From assembly GCA_943846715.1 (NCBI GenBank), contig OX044356.1:394029-458028 (forward strand): DNA of 64,000 bases, in the 5' to 3' direction. A program made the position numbers and the translations under genes. The notes under the pieces were generated by a model, which worked only from the letters and a program-made list of their open reading frames with translations, ran no database searches and had not been told where the DNA came from. Source of the DNA: an uncultured Flavobacteriales bacterium. Its GTDB lineage: Bacteria; Bacteroidota; Bacteroidia; Flavobacteriales; Schleiferiaceae. Positions 61,783 through 64,000 of the stretch are shown piece after piece. Within the stretch, counting starts at the first letter, position 1; every line of letters starts with the position of its first letter.

Positions 61783-63153
61783 TTAAACCCTAAAATTTAT
61801 CCCAATTACCAGTTGGTGCTGCAAGGCATTCACTGTCCAAAGGTCACTGTTTATTGGGTTGTAGATGCGTGCCTGCCGGTAGTTGCTCACCAAGGCTAGA
61901 TGAATGCTAGCTTGATCGCTTCGGTACCCCAACCCAACACTTCCTCTTTGAAACCCTGAGTGGTCTTTGAACTGTGTGCCGGCATTGCTTTGTTGATAGC
62001 CAAAGCGGTAGGCTAGGGGCCCTTTTCGCCATTCCATGCCAACACGAACCCCTTCCACGACGACCAAGTCATCCAGCAAGTCTTGCCCGATGCCAATAGC
62101 TGAAATAGGTGAAATGATGGTTTGCTCAGGCAAAGATTTTCGATGGTACTCCACTGCAATGAACCCCTTTGATTGGAACTTTTTTGCCAGAGAAAATGCC
62201 GCAGAAACACCAGGAAGGTTCTCCCATGTTTGTTTGTCAGTCAGTTCAAATGGGGGGTCATTGTTTGTTGTTCTAGCCGTCATGCGGTACCTGCTATACC
62301 AGTCAAGTGAAGCAACGTTGGGCATGGAAATTCGCATCCCTGCTTGCAAGTCTAGCGGCAGTCGAAGAATCACACCTAAGCTGCTTGAAGCGCCAGTTAT
62401 GCTCATGGAATCACTCTGGCTGTAGGTGTATCCAGAAGTGTAGCCACTGAAGCCATCTTCGTCGACGACAAGGGCTTCAAAGGCAGATGCATGCGAATAA
62501 CTCCGACTAAGCCCTAGAGATAGTTGTGGCGTTCTCAGGCTCGCCCCTGCAATCAGATGGTTGCTTTGAAAACCCTGCTTAATGAGTGTCACGTGTTGAG
62601 AAGGGAGACCTTGAGATAAATCAAAGAACTCATTATTGTCCTCATCGTACTCCAGTACGTAGCCCTGGTAAGCTGTATAGGCGCCAAGCAGTCCAGCTGC
62701 AAGCAATTCATCTGGTCCATTGATGCCTTGAGATGCGTCGAGCCACTGGTCCACCATGCGTTCATTTGGATTGCTTTCAATGGATTGCCATTGATTGCCG
62801 GACCATGAGTCATTTTGAAAAGCAAAGAAACCATTGAGTTGGTACCCCTTAGCTACAGGCATTACATGCACGTAGGAAATATTGGGAATTTGAATCCCAG
62901 TTGGATCCTGACGCGTCATCAATCCACCTTGCCAATCAATTTGCAGCTCACTTGAACGGTAAGTACCAATACCTGCGGGGTTGTCAGATGCTGCGCTGGC
63001 ATCGTTACCGAGGGCTCCCATGGCTCCACCAAGGGCCATGTAACGCGCACTGCCCATTCCGCCATCGCTTGAAAGCATGTTGAACACCACAGAAGACTGG
63101 GCCTGAGCTGCGACACTAAAAGCTAGAGCTCCAATAAACAAGATCTTTTTCAT
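61783..63153 (-). CDS. putative outer-membrane beta-barrel protein (FadL/PorV-like N-terminal 'NPAG' motif), function unknown
   Basis: Signal peptide MKKILFIGALAFSVAAQAQ, then ..ALGGAMGALGNDASAASDNPAGIG... It shows alternating beta-strand patterns and an aromatic-rich C-terminal strand (..LVIGINFRV). Confidence 0.5.
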   Translation of the reverse strand: MKKILFIGALAFSVAAQAQSSVVFNMLSSDGGMGSARYMALGGAMGALGNDASAASDNPAGIGTYRSSELQIDWQGGLMTRQDPTGIQIPNISYVHVMPVAKGYQLNGFFAFQNDSWSGNQWQSIESNPNERMVDQWLDASQGINGPDELLAAGLLGAYTAYQGYVLEYDEDNNEFFDLSQGLPSQHVTLIKQGFQSNHLIAGASLRTPQLSLGLSRSYSHASAFEALVVDEDGFSGYTSGYTYSQSDSMSITGASSSLGVILRLPLDLQAGMRISMPNVASLDWYSRYRMTARTTNNDPPFELTDKQTWENLPGVSAAFSLAKKFQSKGFIAVEYHRKSLPEQTIISPISAIGIGQDLLDDLVVVEGVRVGMEWRKGPLAYRFGYQQSNAGTQFKDHSGFQRGSVGLGYRSDQASIHLALVSNYRQARIYNPINSDLWTVNALQHQLVIGINFRV

Positions 63154-64000
63154 CGTCTGCTGTTGGATGAAGACCTGCTGTTGCTGCTGGATGAAGACCT
63201 GCTGTTGCTGCTGGATGAAGACCTGCTGTTGCTGCTCGATGATGACCGGCTGTTGCTGCTGGATGAAGACCGGCTGTAGCTACTCGATGGACGACTGGTA
63301 GATTGTGAACTGCGATTGTTCGATGATCGCTTAGTAGACTGTGAGCTCGGTTTACTGGAACGCGTTTGAGTGGATCTGGTTTTCGCACTTGATTGCTTTG
63401 GAGAAGCTACCCGTGTAGGTTTTGATGATTGACGTTGATAGCTACTTGTTGCCTGACTCCGATTAGATTGAGGCCTGGTAGATTGAGCTTCTTGGCTACT
63501 TTGTTGGCTTCGAGGCCTTCTGGCTTGAATTTCCGCATCGCTGGATCTGCGAGAGCTGTTGATCACAGGTGCCCTTGATTCAGAAACAACCTGTTTCCTT
63601 CCGCCGTTAGGACGGGTCACAGCAGGAGCCCTTCGGTTCGTTGTAGGGCCTTGTAAACTTTGTCTCCGAACCCTGCTTGCGGGGCTATCTAAGCTTGTTG
63701 AATTTGAGCCAGACCAGCCCGAGTTGTTGTAGCCGTAGTTGTTGTATCCGTTGTAGCCGTAGTTGTTGTATCCGTTGTAGCCGTAGTTGTTGTATCCGTT
63801 GTAGCCGTAGTTGTTGTATCCGTTGTAGCCGTAGTTGTTGCATCCGTTGTAACCGAAGTTGTTACCATAGTTGTAGCCGTAACCGAAATGGTATCCATAG
63901 TTCGAGTGTCCGTTGTTGTATGGGTAATAAGGCCAAGACATATAGCTGTTTTGGTGGTTGAACCCTCTGCTGTAGCCCCATGGGCTCCAAATGTTTTGAC
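63150..64000 (-). CDS. extreme low-complexity protein: Tyr/Asn/Gly-repeat N-region plus Ser/Arg/Gln/Lys-rich C-region (5' end may lie beyond the window)
   Basis: The first in-window ATG is at 63941, but the frame stays open to nt 64000 (QNIWSPWGYSRGFNHQNSY-MSWPYYPY..). This is the only frame open across the non-repeat centre (63290-63720). Its stop overlaps the barrel gene start (ATGA at 63150-63153). Confidence 0.6.
   Translation of the reverse strand, partial: QNIWSPWGYSRGFNHQNSYMSWPYYPYNNGHSNYGYHFGYGYNYGNNFGYNGCNNYGYNGYNNYGYNGYNNYGYNGYNNYGYNGYNNYGYNNSGWSGSNSTSLDSPASRVRRQSLQGPTTNRRAPAVTRPNGGRKQVVSESRAPVINSSRRSSDAEIQARRPRSQQSSQEAQSTRPQSNRSQATSSYQRQSSKPTRVASPKQSSAKTRSTQTRSSKPSSQSTKRSSNNRSSQSTSRPSSSYSRSSSSSNSRSSSSSNSRSSSSSNSRSSSSSNSRSSSNSRR
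63153..63290 (-). repeat. 24-nt in-frame tandem repeat encoding (SSSSSNSR)n
   Basis: Three identical plus-strand units GGATGAAGACCTGCTGTTGCTGCT at 63165-63188, 63189-63212 and 63213-63236. Degenerate copies extend to about 63284. Confidence 0.95.
63726..63869 (-). repeat. 24-nt in-frame tandem repeat encoding (YNGYNNYG)n
   Basis: Four identical plus-strand units GTTGTAGCCGTAGTTGTTGTATCC at 63726, 63750, 63774 and 63798. A fifth unit has one mismatch (63822-63845) and a sixth is degenerate. Confidence 0.95.

Noticed and set aside
63153-63869. Whether the regular 24-nt repeats could be a CRISPR array.
   Set aside because: The units are directly tandem with no spacers, lie in frame within an ORF, and there are no cas genes nearby.
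63116-63961. Alternative-frame ORFs in the repeat arrays: 63116-63388 (-), 63689-63898 (-) and 63677-63961 (+).
   Set aside because: They are open only within the tandem repeats. Only the 63150..>63941 frame stays open across the non-repeat centre and is start/stop-coupled to the downstream gene.

Overview
The window is a compact, mostly housekeeping chromosomal segment. It most likely comes from a member of Bacteroidota. Four lines of evidence support that: type IX secretion (T9SS) type-B cargo genes next to a PorP/SprF gene, almost no Shine-Dalgarno sequences before genes, TTG/TAnnTTTG-type promoter motifs, and an str operon without tuf (rpsL-rpsG-fusA-rpsJ) together with the single-Cys form of L36.

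Gene content in order:
- mrdA (partial), then mreD, mreC, mreB and purH on the minus strand.
- A MacB/FtsX-type permease and dgkA.
- A three-gene T9SS cassette: cargo, PorP/SprF fused to a SPOR-like domain, cargo.
- dnaJ-grpE, a TlpA-like thioredoxin, murA, DUF4290 and a UvrD/PcrA helicase.
- The complete S12-to-L17 ribosomal protein / secY / infA / rpoA supercluster at 19.4-36.1 kb. It includes a 38-codon rpmJ that is missing from the ORF track.
- carA, eno, gltA, then an rpsA with an unusual charged-repeat N-terminal extension, and Nif3 with a COG1579-like partner.
- A ten-gene, almost gap-free minus-strand array running from folE to a methyltransferase.
- A FabH-like KAS III and a 1060-aa sortilin/BNR protein.
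- An AT-rich patch (symporter, CDP-alcohol phosphatidyltransferase, a 448-bp non-coding spacer) and an epimerase.
- At the right edge, a translationally coupled pair: an extreme low-complexity protein (Tyr/Asn/Gly repeats followed by a Ser/Arg-rich tail) and an outer-membrane beta-barrel.

I found no rRNA, tRNA, CRISPR array, transposase/integrase or recognisable defence system.

The least explained features are the low-complexity protein/barrel pair (61.8-64.0 kb), the PorP/SprF-SPOR fusion, and the S1 N-terminal extension. All functional calls rest on reading the translated ORFs and on gene order. No database search was possible.
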